Origin: Lytechinus pictus
Taxonomy: Eukaryota
Reading direction: 5' to 3'
Length of the DNA: 64,000 bases
NCBI RefSeq assembly: GCF_037042905.1
Contig: NC_087251.1
Location: 4,218,001-4,282,000, forward strand
The translations under genes were made by a program, and so were the position numbers. The notes beneath the pieces were generated by a model that worked only from the letters and a program-made list of their open reading frames with translations, did not search any database and was not told the origin of the DNA. Below, piece after piece: positions 14,569 to 28,140 of the stretch. Position 1 is the first letter of the stretch. Each line of letters starts with the position of its first letter.

Positions 14569-15812
14569 TTAATTCACAATCAGAAAAAAAATTATTTGGC
14601 TGACTTTACCGTCGATATACATGTATAACCAACACAATAATTTTTTAAACCAACTTTTCTTATATTATTCCTTTCATAAAATTATAAGTTTCACAATGAA
14701 CAATATGAATGTCAAATCCAGATGCTCAATTATTCTGCCTAAAACCCGCTTTATGGATTTATTTTGTAGCGGCAAGCGACTGTTTAACGTATATGACCTT
14801 TGAACTTGTCATTGGAAGCTGCCGTCTGTTTTCAAAGTCACGATCGAGGTGTCTGTAAAGACCATTTAGGCGCGAAAAAGACGAATCGATAATGTAAGAA
14901 ACAGACGATCGTGTTGCATGAAATGATATCACGTCGATGTAAAAACATACCGCTGAATCACAGCAAACCGTTATTGGTTGAACAGACTTCACACTAGCTA
15001 AAGATTTTTTGATAATATCATAGTAAAACAATTTCATTATAAATTTAGTTTCATAGTGATCAGTTTGGTCTCGTGTTAATTTTTCAGATCTAGAATGCCA
15101 AATCCGTTGGCTTGGGAATATCTAAGGCTGTTGATGGATGCCACATTATGACCAAACGTTATGCATTATCCATTTTAAAAGTTCGGTAGAGGTTTGCCAG
15201 ATATAGCAATGCATGAAAGCTGCAGAAAAAACCCTATAAATCCAGTGCAGGCATGGAATGGGGTGAAAATTTTAAATTAAATATCTGCATAATTTTGTTT
15301 TTTAATACTGCATAATACTTTCTCATATCGATTCAATTAATTTTTAAGATATTAAGTGTTCACATTACCGAGAGAAGAATAAAATTTCAATCTTATCATG
15401 CTTATAATAGAATAAAAAGAAAAGAATCAGTCAATATAAAGTGATATAACAGTATGCACACCTTTGTAAGAGTGGAATAATAATAACTGAAATCAAATTA
15501 AGTAAACTTAACAAAAGCTGTAGAAGGCTTTCAAATCGCTTACAGGTTGATAATTGTCATGAAATCTATGATTAATGATATAGACAAGACCCACTTCCTT
15601 CATTTACGCAAATTAATCGCTCTAAATCGACCCTGATTAAGAACTGGAACATTAAGCATGCAGGCTGACATACTTTCTGAGGAAGAAATAAAATTAGAAT
15701 GAGGAAATACAAGTGATCAAAGTTGTTACTCTGAGTTTAAATTCGTTTCATATAAAAATGCTGAGAACTTCTAGTTTATAAATTTAATTAACATTTTGTA
15801 GAAAAACAGTGT

Positions 15813-15856
15813 CTCGTTGGCGAGGAATCGAAGCCCGGTCTTCCGCGTGATTGCTT
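15813..15856 (-). pseudogene. tRNA-Asp pseudogene (3' half only, joined to the upstream leader)
   Basis: CTCGTTGGCGAGGAATCGAAGCCCGGTCTTCCGCGTGA matches the first 38 nt of 16286-16357 with a few mismatches, then runs directly into the TTGCTT flank. Confidence 0.75.
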
Positions 15857-16285
15857 GTTGATGGGCAAAAGAAATGTGAGAAAACTCTTCTGCTTGTTGC
15901 TTTCTTTTTATCCCGCTATATTACATCCACTTAAAAAAATATTAATTTATTCCTTTGAACATTCCTAATAGATTCGCCATCCAAATGGACTCTATAACAA
16001 TGGAACAGTTTCCAATTCTATTTTGCCATAAAAGTTTATCCTAATACAAAGAGCGTCGTAATATTAAATCTGTGAAGATAAAGATCGTATAACATTCATC
16101 GGGAATTTCTTTTGCACAGTACGTTTACTTTTTTCTTTGTGTGATTTTTGGTATATTTTGTTTTGTTTAGGGTCAGCCTTTATTGTCGATAAAGCAATTT
16201 ATAATCATCAAATAATTGATATTAGATATGGGTAAATAAGAGTGATCAACATTGTTCAATTATATGTTCTGGCATAAAACGAAAA

Positions 16286-16357
16286 CTCCTTGGCGGGGAA
16301 TCGAACCCCGGTCTTCCGCGTGACAGGCGGAGATACTTACCACTATACTACCAAGGA
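16286..16357 (-). tRNA. tRNA-Asp (GTC)
   Basis: 72 nt; acceptor stem TCCTTGG/CCAAGGA; anticodon arm TCCGC-CTGTCAC-GCGGA; GGTTCGATTCC B box; TTTT run downstream. Confidence 0.97.
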
Positions 16358-16633
16358 ATTGCTTAACTGTGTAAGTTGTGTATTTATTGTGAAGTTATAA
16401 AGCAAACCATCTATTAGTTTCATTGGATGAGACACGTTCCGAGGTGATAATGAATGTACACGATAGGCCTATACCCTTCTTTATCTTCGCACCGGAAAAA
16501 TATAGGCCTACATTTACATCACCTTGGCAGTAAATAATTTATTATAAATAATCATTTTTGCCCTGAACGAAACTGTTTGCTTTAGCCTCCACTACCTGAC
16601 ACATGTATAATCTAGATTATAGTGTCAAGCAAT

Positions 16634-16705
16634 TCCTTGGTAGTATAGTGGTAAGTATCTCCGCCTGTCACGCGGAAGACCGGGGTTCGATTCCCCGCCA
16701 AGGAG
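16634..16705 (+). tRNA. tRNA-Asp (GTC)
   Basis: Identical to the minus-strand copy; followed by a long oligo-T Pol III terminator. Confidence 0.97.
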
Positions 16706-16906
16706 AAACTTTTTTTTTATTTTAATTTATTCAGGGGGAAGAGCATCTTGTTGTGTATTCATTTTTATTAGGCCCTAAAAGCACTGCCACTTGTAAAAGC
16801 ACCTAATGATGATTGCACTCAGAGTACTATTTCTCTTGACATATTTTGCTTTATTTTTCTTAACAAATAATTTACAATACTCTCTCTCTCTCTCTCTCTT
16901 ATCCAG

Positions 16907-17083
16907 GAAAAACAACTATATTATACCGAGTAAAGTTTAATGAGGCTGTCACGACTATACCAACAATAGGATTCAACGTGGAGACAGTGACACCGGTTCC
17001 TAATGTTACATTATGTGTGTGGGATGTTGGTGGACAACAGAAAGTACGAGCTTTATGGCAACACTACTTCTGTGAAACACATG
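16907..17083 (+). CDS. ARL exon (G1-G3 motifs)
   Basis: (TC)n tract + ATCCAG acceptor; [65 protein letters not shown] donor; missed by the ORF track. Confidence 0.93.
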
Positions 17084-20000
17084 GTAAGGATATAAAATTA
17101 AAAGAAAATGCCTTTTCTCATTGATTTTTTCTGTCTACAATAGTTTAGGGGGAAAAATTGAGTTTCGAGTTGATGCCCAATAAAAGAAAGAAAAAAAGAG
17201 CATATACCTGTCGCCATGCAGCTACCAGCGCGCTCGTTTTAAGCATGTCTAGTGTTTTTCTTGGTTAATTATAAAAATATTAGCTCCTCATACATTTTGG
17301 GCATTTTGTATCTATCCATGCAGGGCCCTGTCCACGGAGGATTATTGTATTGTTACCATGGTTACTGGGGGTGCTGAGCATTGTCACAGCACCCCCAGTA
17401 ACAATAGATAATCCCGTAGCCAGGTCCATGTATCTATCACTCTTTCATGTATATATCAACAAAATATTTCAATATGTATACAGTATTAGTTCTACGAGTG
17501 TCTATAACAACTGACGATCTCCTCCTAAAATCACCCCTACAACACCTTATTGGAGTCAAGAATATATAGGCCCACGTGTTCAGGCGTAGTGCGTTCTTAT
17601 CCTGTTTTATGTACAAGAGCCAGAGTATGGTAACTTGAACAACTTCTTTAATTTGGAGAATATGTGGGTACTTGTTTTTCGACCAAAGAAAATAATCTTG
17701 ATGAGTTGCTCTTGATGTGTTCAAGCGACGCCCATTTCGAGTTTTTCTTACGATTAAGCTGTTTCGCATTATGAACTGAATAAATCCAGGACAGGCCAAT
17801 CGACCAATTTAAAAAATGAGTAATCTGTCTGGTTTTGTACGACCTTCTGGAACATCTTACCAAATAATATTAACATTGATCGTACGGTGTTCGTAACATT
17901 TCGTAATGGCATTTGTTACCCTAGGGCATTACCAGTGTTGAAGCCTGTACAATGTGGTGATAGTAGTGTATTTTTAAAGGTGTTGGAATGACGTATTAAG
18001 GATAGGGACTTATGATCATTCCTTCACAAACATACATTCGGAAAGATCAAACAGACTCAGTGGTGATCGAAAGTAGGGATTCTTTTACCCACCTATTACC
18101 ATTGGGTCCACCCGCCTCTAATACGGTTGTTGAAATGTCACATTCTCTTTTCTTATTTTAAGTGTAATAACCGGCACAGAAATCGGGCAATTTAAGCCTA
18201 ATTCTTGTCGTTACTCCAATTCAAAGCACAACCCGTCCAAATAAATACTCTAAACAAGACAGTTTATCAAAGATATGGCTCTTCCTCTTGAAAGAGGGTC
18301 GTGGGAACTATGTAGAGTAGTTTGTGGGTGAAATACGAGACAAGTTAATATTATCATGCTGGAGTTTTAATATCACATGACTTTCATTTCTCTCTGTCAA
18401 AATGACTTTCCCTTGTAACCCTTTGGCTTACTGGTGTGTCTTTTTGTGGAGGGGGTTCCCAAATTTCCACTAAACGAAAATATTCAATAAATCATTGTAT
18501 TGTTATTCCAAGATCATATTTTCAGATATTTTTCCTTGCTGAGAAGTTTGTTTAATCTTACAATTTTTGGTTTAAACCAGCAGCTCTTAGATTGAAGATT
18601 GCCATACAAATGTTTGTAAGTATTAGTTGTTCGAAATCTAATAAGCATTAAGATAATAGGCTACATAAATAAATACCAATTAACACATGCCTTACATTCG
18701 AGTCATGTCCATAATTCGTTGGTGGATTAATTATTGTCATTATAATATTTTTCCCTGTGCATGATAACCATTTCAGTATCATTTCTCTGCATTTTTCAAT
18801 TTGCAAACTCAATTTCGAAAATGTAATAGCGTACTTTGTCATGTTGTAACACGAGAATAACGGCAGGCTATATTGCAATTGCCTTGACATAAACCGGTCT
18901 ACCTCTTTACTGTTATGATTTATGTGAACATATTTCTCGTCTGAGATCACAACGTGATGTTTGCATCTGAAAGAATTTTGATTGGGCGCTGTTTTATATC
19001 AGGCTCGTTCTCTGCTATTTTCATGATTCCCAAGGTTCTCATAACATCCAAAAATAAAAAGCAATCAGAGACTGAAGAACTATGAATATCTGAATGTTGA
19101 TGTAATTCTCAGCACCCGCCGATATCATGAAAGACATACACTCTAAAAATATTGGGTTAAAATGCTTCGTGAGGGTAGTTATGTGTCCAACCAACATTGG
19201 GCATGTATTTTGGGTATTTTTATTTATCCAGTGTGATGAAAATTTTGCCCATTCTAAAGCAATTGCTGCTTATTTTTAACCTTAGACAATATGCTTCCCG
19301 CACTGGGTAAAATACTGCCCCAAATTGGTTGGACACATAATTACCCTCGTGCTGGTTAAAATTTTACCCAACACTTTTTACAGAGTAGGCATACAAAATT
19401 TAAGTAAAAATAGGGTGAACGAAAAAACAAGTGAAGAAGCAATAAGATTAGTCCACGGTACATGGGCATGTATTTTCCTCGCAAGTCTTTCTATAATTTC
19501 GTTTTGATTTAATATCAAGTTACTAAAAAAATTCCTTTGAAAAAAAGAAAATTCTGATATCGAATCACTTTCTTTTCCTTTCCTCAATCCACAGTAACAA
19601 CTAAATTACATGTACATTAGTAGTATAACAGTCACATGATATCATGACTATGATTTAATGTATTAAGTCCTTCATTCAGAAACTTCATCTCGAAACTAAA
19701 TCACCAGTGTCCGACTTTCTTGCGTTTTGTAGAGGTGTTCTCTCTATTCTTAGACTTTTATTAGTTGAAAAAAATTTCTGATAAATTCTGTACAAGGGTC
19801 ACTGCAGCCGATGAGTGTTTGTTATGGGTGTGATGAATTTGATGTCAGTGTCTGACACGTATAGACGCTGATTAATTAGTTTCAGACTCAGCTGTCATAT
19901 TTACATTAGACAATTTTTTTAATGGCGAGATGCTGTGGAGGGTGGGGTGGACTCAATGTTCAGTAAAGTCATCCTTGATTGTGAATTATGGGAGTGCACA

Positions 20001-23000
20001 ACATTGTTCCATATTGGGGACATAGATCAAAATTTAAAAGAGTGATGAACAGGGCAGAGACATGGATATTGGGGTCCCGATTTGGGTGCCCCATTGGGGC
20101 CTATTGATTTGAACTTTCACAATAATCCTCTTATAGGCAATATATTTCGACACCTCGTACCTACTTCTTTACTTTCATATTTCTCGAGGGTTATTGGCCT
20201 CAATTTCCATCTGAGAAAGACATTGAATGGAATTCCATCTAATGGGAAATGAAAGTTTCTGGCCGATATTATGATGCATCCCGCTAGATGTGAATTCTTA
20301 AGGTCAGATGTCAAGTTGAATATCAGTATTCTCTCATCCCCGAAGAGTATTCAGATCATAACACACAAAGGGTCACAGGAGATCACTTCCAGTAGTAACC
20401 CTACATCCATTCCTCTAAGAATATATTCATTTTTCTCTGAAAATTCCAACTGTTAACTTTGTCGTCGTTGTAACCGTCCTCAAATACACTCTTCCCTGCT
20501 CTGACACGACACGGAGAATCAGCACGACAAATCTTTCTGTGTCTTCTTCTACATGGGGGTCTGTTTCTGAAGTTGTTACATTATTCTTTATAAAATTTAG
20601 TCACAAACATATCTCGATTAGTACCTTGAAATTAGGGGAAATGGAATGATGATCATACTGTACATGTATTTTACATTTTTATCAATATTTTTACTTTTCT
20701 AGAGGGAAATAAGATGTTGCCATGGCAACGGGTCCTTTGCAAAATTGTTTCTTTTTAAATTTAATTCAAGCTTTACCAAGGCAACATTAATTTTTATCTT
20801 TATAAAGAACTCCTGCAGAACAATTTTGTATTTTTTGTTCAAATGAGGGGGTCAAACTTAAGCATACAGATTAAGTCAATTCCAATTGTATTTTCCACCT
20901 ATCCATTGTCTTGACAACCATGTTATTTTTGTAAATTAGATGTTATTTGGTTGCCATGGCAATGGCTTGAGATGTAATTTACACATTTAGCAACCAAAAT
21001 ATCTTTGTTAAGCACTGTAAAATTAGGGGAAATTAAAGATATATCATATTCTACAACTTTTTTTAATAAAATTTTTTATTTTTCTGGGGAAAAACAAGCC
21101 GTTGCCATGGCAACGGACCAATTGGAACTATCTTGAATATTTCTAAATTTCATATGTTTTCAATCGGGAGCCTGAAAATTATCATTTTGGTCATCTATAT
21201 CATGTTTATTTACCATTTATATGGGAATGTATGTTGTTTTGGAGAAATTAATCCGTTGCCATGGCAACGGCCGAAAATGGCATTTATAAATTTACCTCCC
21301 ATCTTTAAAATAAATCTTATGGCATATACTAATACTTGTGAAAGTTTTATGCTTTAGTCAAAATTTGCACAATTGTTGTGATTTTTGGAGCTAATCCGCT
21401 CTACTATTCAGGGAATTGTTTGTGAGAATTCACTGCTTCATTCAATATTCCCATAAAAAAATCCAATATCACGCATTGTTGTCACATTATTTTGTGCCTC
21501 CTTTGTGCTCCCAAGAAAAATATGATTGTGCTTGATTACTACCTATGATCTGATAGGGAGGGGGGGGGGGTAAATCATGAAAATAACTATGTCAACTTAT
21601 TAACAAAATAAGGAATCGAAATGTAAATCATGACTTTCCTCCATGATCAGAATAAGGAAATAAGTTGCCTAGATTCAAACGTCAAGTTCAGACAGTTAAA
21701 GGGGTTCATTTTGGGTGTGACATTTATAGCAATGTGCTTAGTCATTCAGTAATTATACATATAATCGTGGTATGATTCATCTGTCAAAATCAAACTTTTA
21801 CTGACATACCCCAACATTTAATTTTGAAAGGCTCACATTCAATTCCAAATTATAAATATTTCTAATTCATTTGTTTGTGGGTATTTTCATAGTTGCAAGT
21901 TACTTAAATGAATACCGTAAATGATCGGAACCCAAGCCCTAAGCACGTCTTCTGTTATAACCAGAAGATAATGCTAGTACGTTGCATGGGGTCCGCAAGG
22001 GGGAGGGTGAACATTGATGTAAACATATATATCAAGAATCAACATTATTAAGGAATCAAAATGGTTTACAAATATGACACTTACTCATTGGGCCTAAATA
22101 AGCCTTGCATGATTAATAACTGATAAATTTATACTTACGTTTGTATAGGCCTATAATGGTACATGTAAAAGTGTTTTCATTACAAACCACATATTATCAC
22201 AACGCAGTGTCTGCCTCGTCAGCTCTGAAACATTATTGAAAATAAAAAAGAGGTTTATGAAAGACAGATGTCTGATGGGGAGAGGCTGCTCCCACAATGT
22301 CCTATACATGACCTTGATAAGGGCCAAGTCAACCTGCTGTGTTAGGCCATCATGATCAATCTATTGTGATTAAAACGAACATTTCTTACCCATTGGGGGC
22401 TCAATCGGGGCTACATACTTATCCTGGGATATCATCCTCTTAAAGAGGTCGAAATGTTGTTGAATGTGGTGAAAACATACACATAATGATTATTAGATTC
22501 GGTACATTAAATGGATTCTTTAAAATATATATTTTTTTGATGATCAGTTCGTTTCATTTATAATTAGCATGTGTTACAATTAATATGATTGTGCCAGTAA
22601 TCACAATGGATTTAATGGACCAACAGAAATAAGGTTCTGGGCAGGGAGATCCCGGGAGATAGGATACGACTTTCATTCTAAAGATTTCGAGATATAACTT
22701 ATTTCATGCCCCCTTGCAAAATGGAATTAATTGCTGATACCGATTGAGCTGTACCCTAGTATGAAACCCTTCAGAATAGAAATCGAGTATATATTAAAAT
22801 CAACACGGGTAGAAGAGCGGATGTGGTTTCTCCTAGGAATATTGTGTGTTTTGTAGATCTATTCATTATAAACTCTTTTGTTGAGAGGTAATGAACGGTA
22901 ACTCATCAAGTTTCAAAAATTTTGTTTTCGATGCCTCTTATTTAGGATCGTAAAATACATCTTTTGAAAACCATGTACCCGAACGAACAATCACCCTGTA

Positions 23001-24610
23001 CAATGGCAAGAAATTGCGCACACCAGTAGAGAGTTCGGTCAGATGTTTTTTGCTTTGATCAGTTGGTGCCTGGTTGATGTAAATTAGGCCGATTTTATTT
23101 TGATGAAGACACATATTGCGGTCGATTGCTATCAGTGTTGACTACCCCGTTCCTGTGTCTATATTTGTGTTAATTTTACAGAGAATCACCCACATCTGAC
23201 AAAGATGGATCTGAAACATTGATACAGGCCTCTCATTCTCACGATCCAAATAAATGCTGATAATTACGTTTTTCCTTTATTTGATCATTACCGTGGTGAA
23301 TTTACTCATCACAATTTATTGTGAAGCAACTCATTGCAGCTTTTCTATAAGCCTACTTTCATTAAAAGTATTTTAGAGACCCAGATTTTGAGATATTAAA
23401 CAAAAAATCATCTCCTGCATATTTAATCAGCATGCAGCTCGGTATGGTATGGACATAAATGAGAATTCACAACTATTTATGATATCATTGAGAACTGAAA
23501 TTGGACAACAACAACAATAACAAAGTAGCAGACAAGGATCTCACTTTCATCTATATATGATTTCTTTTTTTGTCAACAGTTGTGTACGTCTATTTATAGT
23601 AACCAAACTTTTTGAAAGAATGTGTAGAAGTTTATACGACTGGAAATGCAGCAAGTCATTCTTTGAATCTAAATATTATTCTAATTGTCTCTCTTTTTTC
23701 ACATATTTTTTTCTTCATAATAGGTCTGATATTTGTGGTGGACAGTGCAGATAAAGCGAGATTATGGGAAGCGAGAGATGAGCTTTTAAGGGCGCTTACA
23801 AATCCGTACATGACACCAGGCATCCCGGTGCTTGTTCTAGCAAACAAACAAGATCTCCCAGGTAATCACTTAACTTCTCATACCTCTGAAACGGCACTAA
23901 GGTTTAACTGTTTCACAAACTCTTCCTCTTTACAAATATTATTTGTCTTAATCAATTTTAAAGTTTCCAAATTGACACGACTTATAGCACCCATATTCTA
24001 CCACCAGCTACAGGCCCTATACAAAACCCCCCCCCCCCAAAAAAAAAAAAGAAAAAAAAAAGAGAAAACATGAGGTGATATAGGTAAAATGATTTTTAAA
24101 ATTTAACATAAGACTTTTGTATTAATAACAGATCAGTGACTAACATTCTTAACAGAGGTAAAATTTCATCGAATGTGACTACTATTCAAATATAGTGTCG
24201 TGAGAATGTAGATTAGATGTCAATTATTCCTCTCTCTATAGATGAAATGAAATGTGTGTGTGTGTGTGAGGGTGTGTGTTTTGCATTGAAAGTTCTTCTA
24301 TGGCTTGTCTAATATTATTCATATATTCTCTGTTTTTTTTTTTCATTGTCCCATCGGTCTCCATCTCTCCTCAACCATTCCCATGACACCAGGTTCTTTA
24401 ACAGCATCAGAGATAACCGATATAATGGACTTAAAACGACTTTCCCCAAACCACCCCTGGTATGTACAACCAACACAAGGAAACACTGGTGTAGGACTAC
24501 ATGATGCTTTCAAGGTGCTAGCTAGGATGGTGAAGCAATTTCATAAGGACTTGACAAAGGCAGAATTGTTAAATCGACACGAGAATGGACCAGATGCCAC
24601 TGAGGTGTAG
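16907..24610 (+). CDS. ADP-ribosylation factor-like small GTPase (ARF/ARL family), 5'-partial; join(16907..17083,23724..23861,24393..24610)
   Basis: Spliced protein has GKTT (G1 end), IPTIGFNVE (G2), WDVGGQ (G3), LIFVVDS and LANKQD (G4); all junctions GT-AG and phase 1; TAG stop at 24608-24610. Confidence 0.93.
19139..19385. mobile_element. CACT-ended MITE, inverted relative to 13385-13639
   Basis: CACTCTAAAAA...TTTTTACAGAG; TA on both flanks. Confidence 0.85.
20620..21405. repeat. Interspersed repeat with reiterated GTTGCCATGGCAAC palindromes
   Basis: Palindrome at 20716, 20950 (1 mismatch), 21101 and 21255; duplicated AAATTAGGGGAAA-containing block; boundaries approximate. Confidence 0.6.
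23724..23861 (+). CDS. ARL exon (G4 motif)
   Basis: TAG acceptor; [22 protein letters not shown]...[17 protein letters not shown] donor. Confidence 0.93.
24393..24610 (+). CDS. ARL last coding exon
   Basis: CAG acceptor; [14 protein letters not shown]...[25 protein letters not shown]...stop. Confidence 0.88.
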
Positions 24611-27600
24611 GTCAAGTTCACCATCATCAGGGAGAACTGCAAACCTTTGGAAGACTCTCGTCGTAGAGAATGGATCGTAGATAGTGGATCTGCGATCTAG
24701 GAACAGAACTGCAAACACCGACAGTCTGCAATATGGATGACTTGTAGCGTCTTTGAGACATGAGTGATAATTAAACAAGTCACAGTGTACGGAAAAGTAA
24801 AGAATTCAGGTTCAAAAGCCTTGCCATGCTATAGCTAGAAGATTCACTGGGTTTGACGCAAGCACTAGCGATGAAATGGTTTCCATGGCTCTTGCATTAT
24901 TGATGTTGAATATTTAATAGTCGGTAGTCGAGCAATTGATCTGGAACAAGCATCAGACTGTATACAGCAATGAAACCGAACACGACAATCCCTGAGGAGG
25001 ATTAAGTATTTTGCAATCAGATGCATTAGAACAGCTGGACGTTTTCGTTTTATGCATTGATGTGGCGATCAAAACCATTCCTGAAACATACCTTTGGATT
25101 AGAAAAACAAATAATTGTCTATACATCTAAGTGGCAAACCTGGAAAATATAGATGCATATATATTTCTGACTATCAACGAGTTTGTTAAGGTGATAAATC
25201 ACTTTACTTATCGCAGGTTAGCATGCAAACACCAAGAATTCGAAATGTGACACGAGACTGTGATGATTGACATGAAATTGATCTTAATTGTTTGTTAATG
25301 TGAAAATTATGTAGAAAATGGACATTGTTCAGTGAGAATTGTATTCTCTGTTTTTGTTAGGCGAAAATATAAATCAAAATAAATCAAAGTCTGAAGATTG
25401 TGAAGAGTGCATAGGAATTTCTTCTTTGTGAACATAACAACGGATCTTGAGAATTAGAAGATGAAACAAACAGTATTGCCTATATACAATAAATGACAAG
25501 AAAATCGAGGATGGTATGTTTTAGCATCATCATGATTGAAGAGGAAATTTCAAATACACTGATATAGGCTTACCAGAAAATGACACTCTTTGTGCATTAT
25601 ATTAATTGTGAGGAGTTGAAAATGAAATTATGCATCGACTCTAAATATTGCTTTGAATTTTTAAGTGTTGTATTTCTCTTGCAACATGTGCGAAGATATT
25701 AAATATTGCGATTATTCAGTGACACACGAACTTAACGAAACACACAAAGAGTTTCTTGAAACGATGGGCATTATAATGATGTAGTCGTAACAGTCGCATT
25801 AACAAGTTTAAAATTTCCAACAATCATCGTTAAATGAAATAAAGAATTGATTCAGATAAAATACCATTTATTGGATTTAGCAAAACCTCTTTATATAAAT
25901 AACAAATCCAGCATTATACTTTGGCAGCACATCACTTGTTTAAAGAGATAAAGTAGAAGAGTAATGGTTTGTCTTAAGTTGAGAGGTAATACATTCAAAA
26001 TGATTCAATGCAAACAAAGATGGTATATATGGTATTAAATAGTCCAGAAATTGTTCTTCTCAACATAGCAGACACTTGATAATTGCTAAACATAGTAATG
26101 TTATCATTGATACTGCAGTGCATGCTGATAGATTAGAAATAAATTCCAAATAATGCAGCTCGTACAGAATCTATCTTGAATTATTTAATAAAACTAATTA
26201 TTATGCTTAGAGAAAGAGCAAAAAGTTAACAAACTGTAGTGTGCAACTAAGGAATATTCATTTATTGAAATATTCCTGCTTACAATACTGAAGTATCAGT
26301 TACCCCTAAATCGAAATATCATCTTAAATTTCTCTTCCTCGCTATATGCCTGCACTGGGTATAATATTTGTGTTAATAAAAGATTGATGTAATACCCGCC
26401 TCTAATGCAGTAAAAAGGCATGTAAATACGCAGGTACGTGACGAATTGGACTATTTTTGATAACTTTTAATGTAAATAATATTTTTAAACAAGAAGAAAT
26501 GGACGTACAGCACATGTATACTATTGATTAGTAAAGATATAGAGATAAAGGAGAGAAACCAGAGTGAGAAACATAGGCATTGGCAGCACTTCAACATTGA
26601 GGGGGTGACATCTTGCATAATACCTAGTTTGATTTTTCTTTTGTCAAGATAATGTACAGTGGCTGATAAACAAAGATATATTTATTTTCATTGTCGATTA
26701 CAGGTCAATTCTCAATTCAGATTTTAACTATAAATCATATGTTTTAAATGACAACAAATCAAGTTATTAACAAGATCTCAGAAGACCTTATTGCCAGTTT
26801 TCTAGTGAGTAATTGGTAATGTATTTTCCGGAAACAGATGCAGCCTGTGGGTGTTCTCTTCCCCCTTTCAAAATACACTTGATAAAGAATAATATTCATG
26901 TATCTGAACCACTTTAATTGTTCTGGTAATTTACCAGAACAATAACTCTATTATCTTTTAAAAAGATGTCTAGTTGGGATAAACTTCTTTTATGCTGTAT
27001 GTTTTATTAGATAAACCTCCTTAAAACACTGATTTCATCTCATTACCATATTTGTATAAAGCTCGATATCGCAAAAGTGATCTAAACTAAAGATATATAT
27101 TATTGTCCATTAAAGATCACCTTTTCTGCACAACTGATTTACACCTGTTATTGTATCGTTTTATCTTACAAGAGAGAAATAACCAGAGTAGAGTGAGAAG
27201 GAAGAAAGAAAGAGTGGGAGACAAGATGGAGAAGATTGAGAAGAGATAAAGGAGCAAATACAGAAGAGGATAGAGGAGAGATGTGGAAGAGTGAAATCTG
27301 ACCACTGTGGAAAGGATGGAATAGTTTTGACTAAAAGAAGAGAGATAAAAAGAAAAAAATAGAAATGATATGATTAAAGATAAAAGAGAGGAGAGAATGG
27401 GAATAACATGAAGTTAACAGTACATTTCCTTGAATACAAGCAACAACTTTGTCAGTTAAAAACAAATCTTGAACTCTCTATTTTACAAATAACCTTTTAC
27501 ACAATAACATATTAATGTCATTAGATTAAAAAGTCTTGGAGGCATATGGGATCTAATGACACAAAGAGTACACCAAACCCCCCTTGTTTTGCATCTTTGA

Positions 27601-28140
27601 GTTGACTCTGTATTTCTCTCTCTCTCCCTGCCTCCTCACTCACTTCCCTCTTGAAATCTCCCTTTCTCCACCTCGGCCCTTTCTATCACCCCCTTTTAAT
27701 CTTCTCTGTACACTTTATAGTTTCCATTCATTACCTTCTTCTTTGTTATATGACCTAATTCCTCTTTAAAGAAGAATGTATGCCTTTATTTCATACTCCA
27801 TGAACATTCAGTACACTCTTGAGCATTTTTTAAAAACTATGTTTAGTTATTTTAAACCAGACATTGATCAGCCAGGTGATAGATAGCACAGAAGAACTTT
27901 CAATCATTCTTTTTTTCAGTATAGCAAATTTGTATACATGTATATTTCTTTCATTTAATTTGTTAACATAGTAATTTTCATATGGGGAAAATACCCAGAC
28001 ACAGAAAATAAGATTACAGTCAAACAATCAATATCAATACATATATATTAAAATGAATTCATGCTAAAGCTTGGTAGCAGTTTACCAGCATACTGAAAAG
28101 ATGCATAAATTAACACAATGAAGATATCCTTAACGTTGGT

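Noticed and set aside
397..15037. Many 60-120 aa ORFs in the ORF track
   Set aside because: No recognisable motifs, low-complexity AT-driven composition, many non-ATG starts, and several lie inside repeats
23809..24393. Identical 12-mer CATGACACCAGG in an ARL exon and at the next acceptor
   Set aside because: Too short and with no extended similarity; cannot be distinguished from chance
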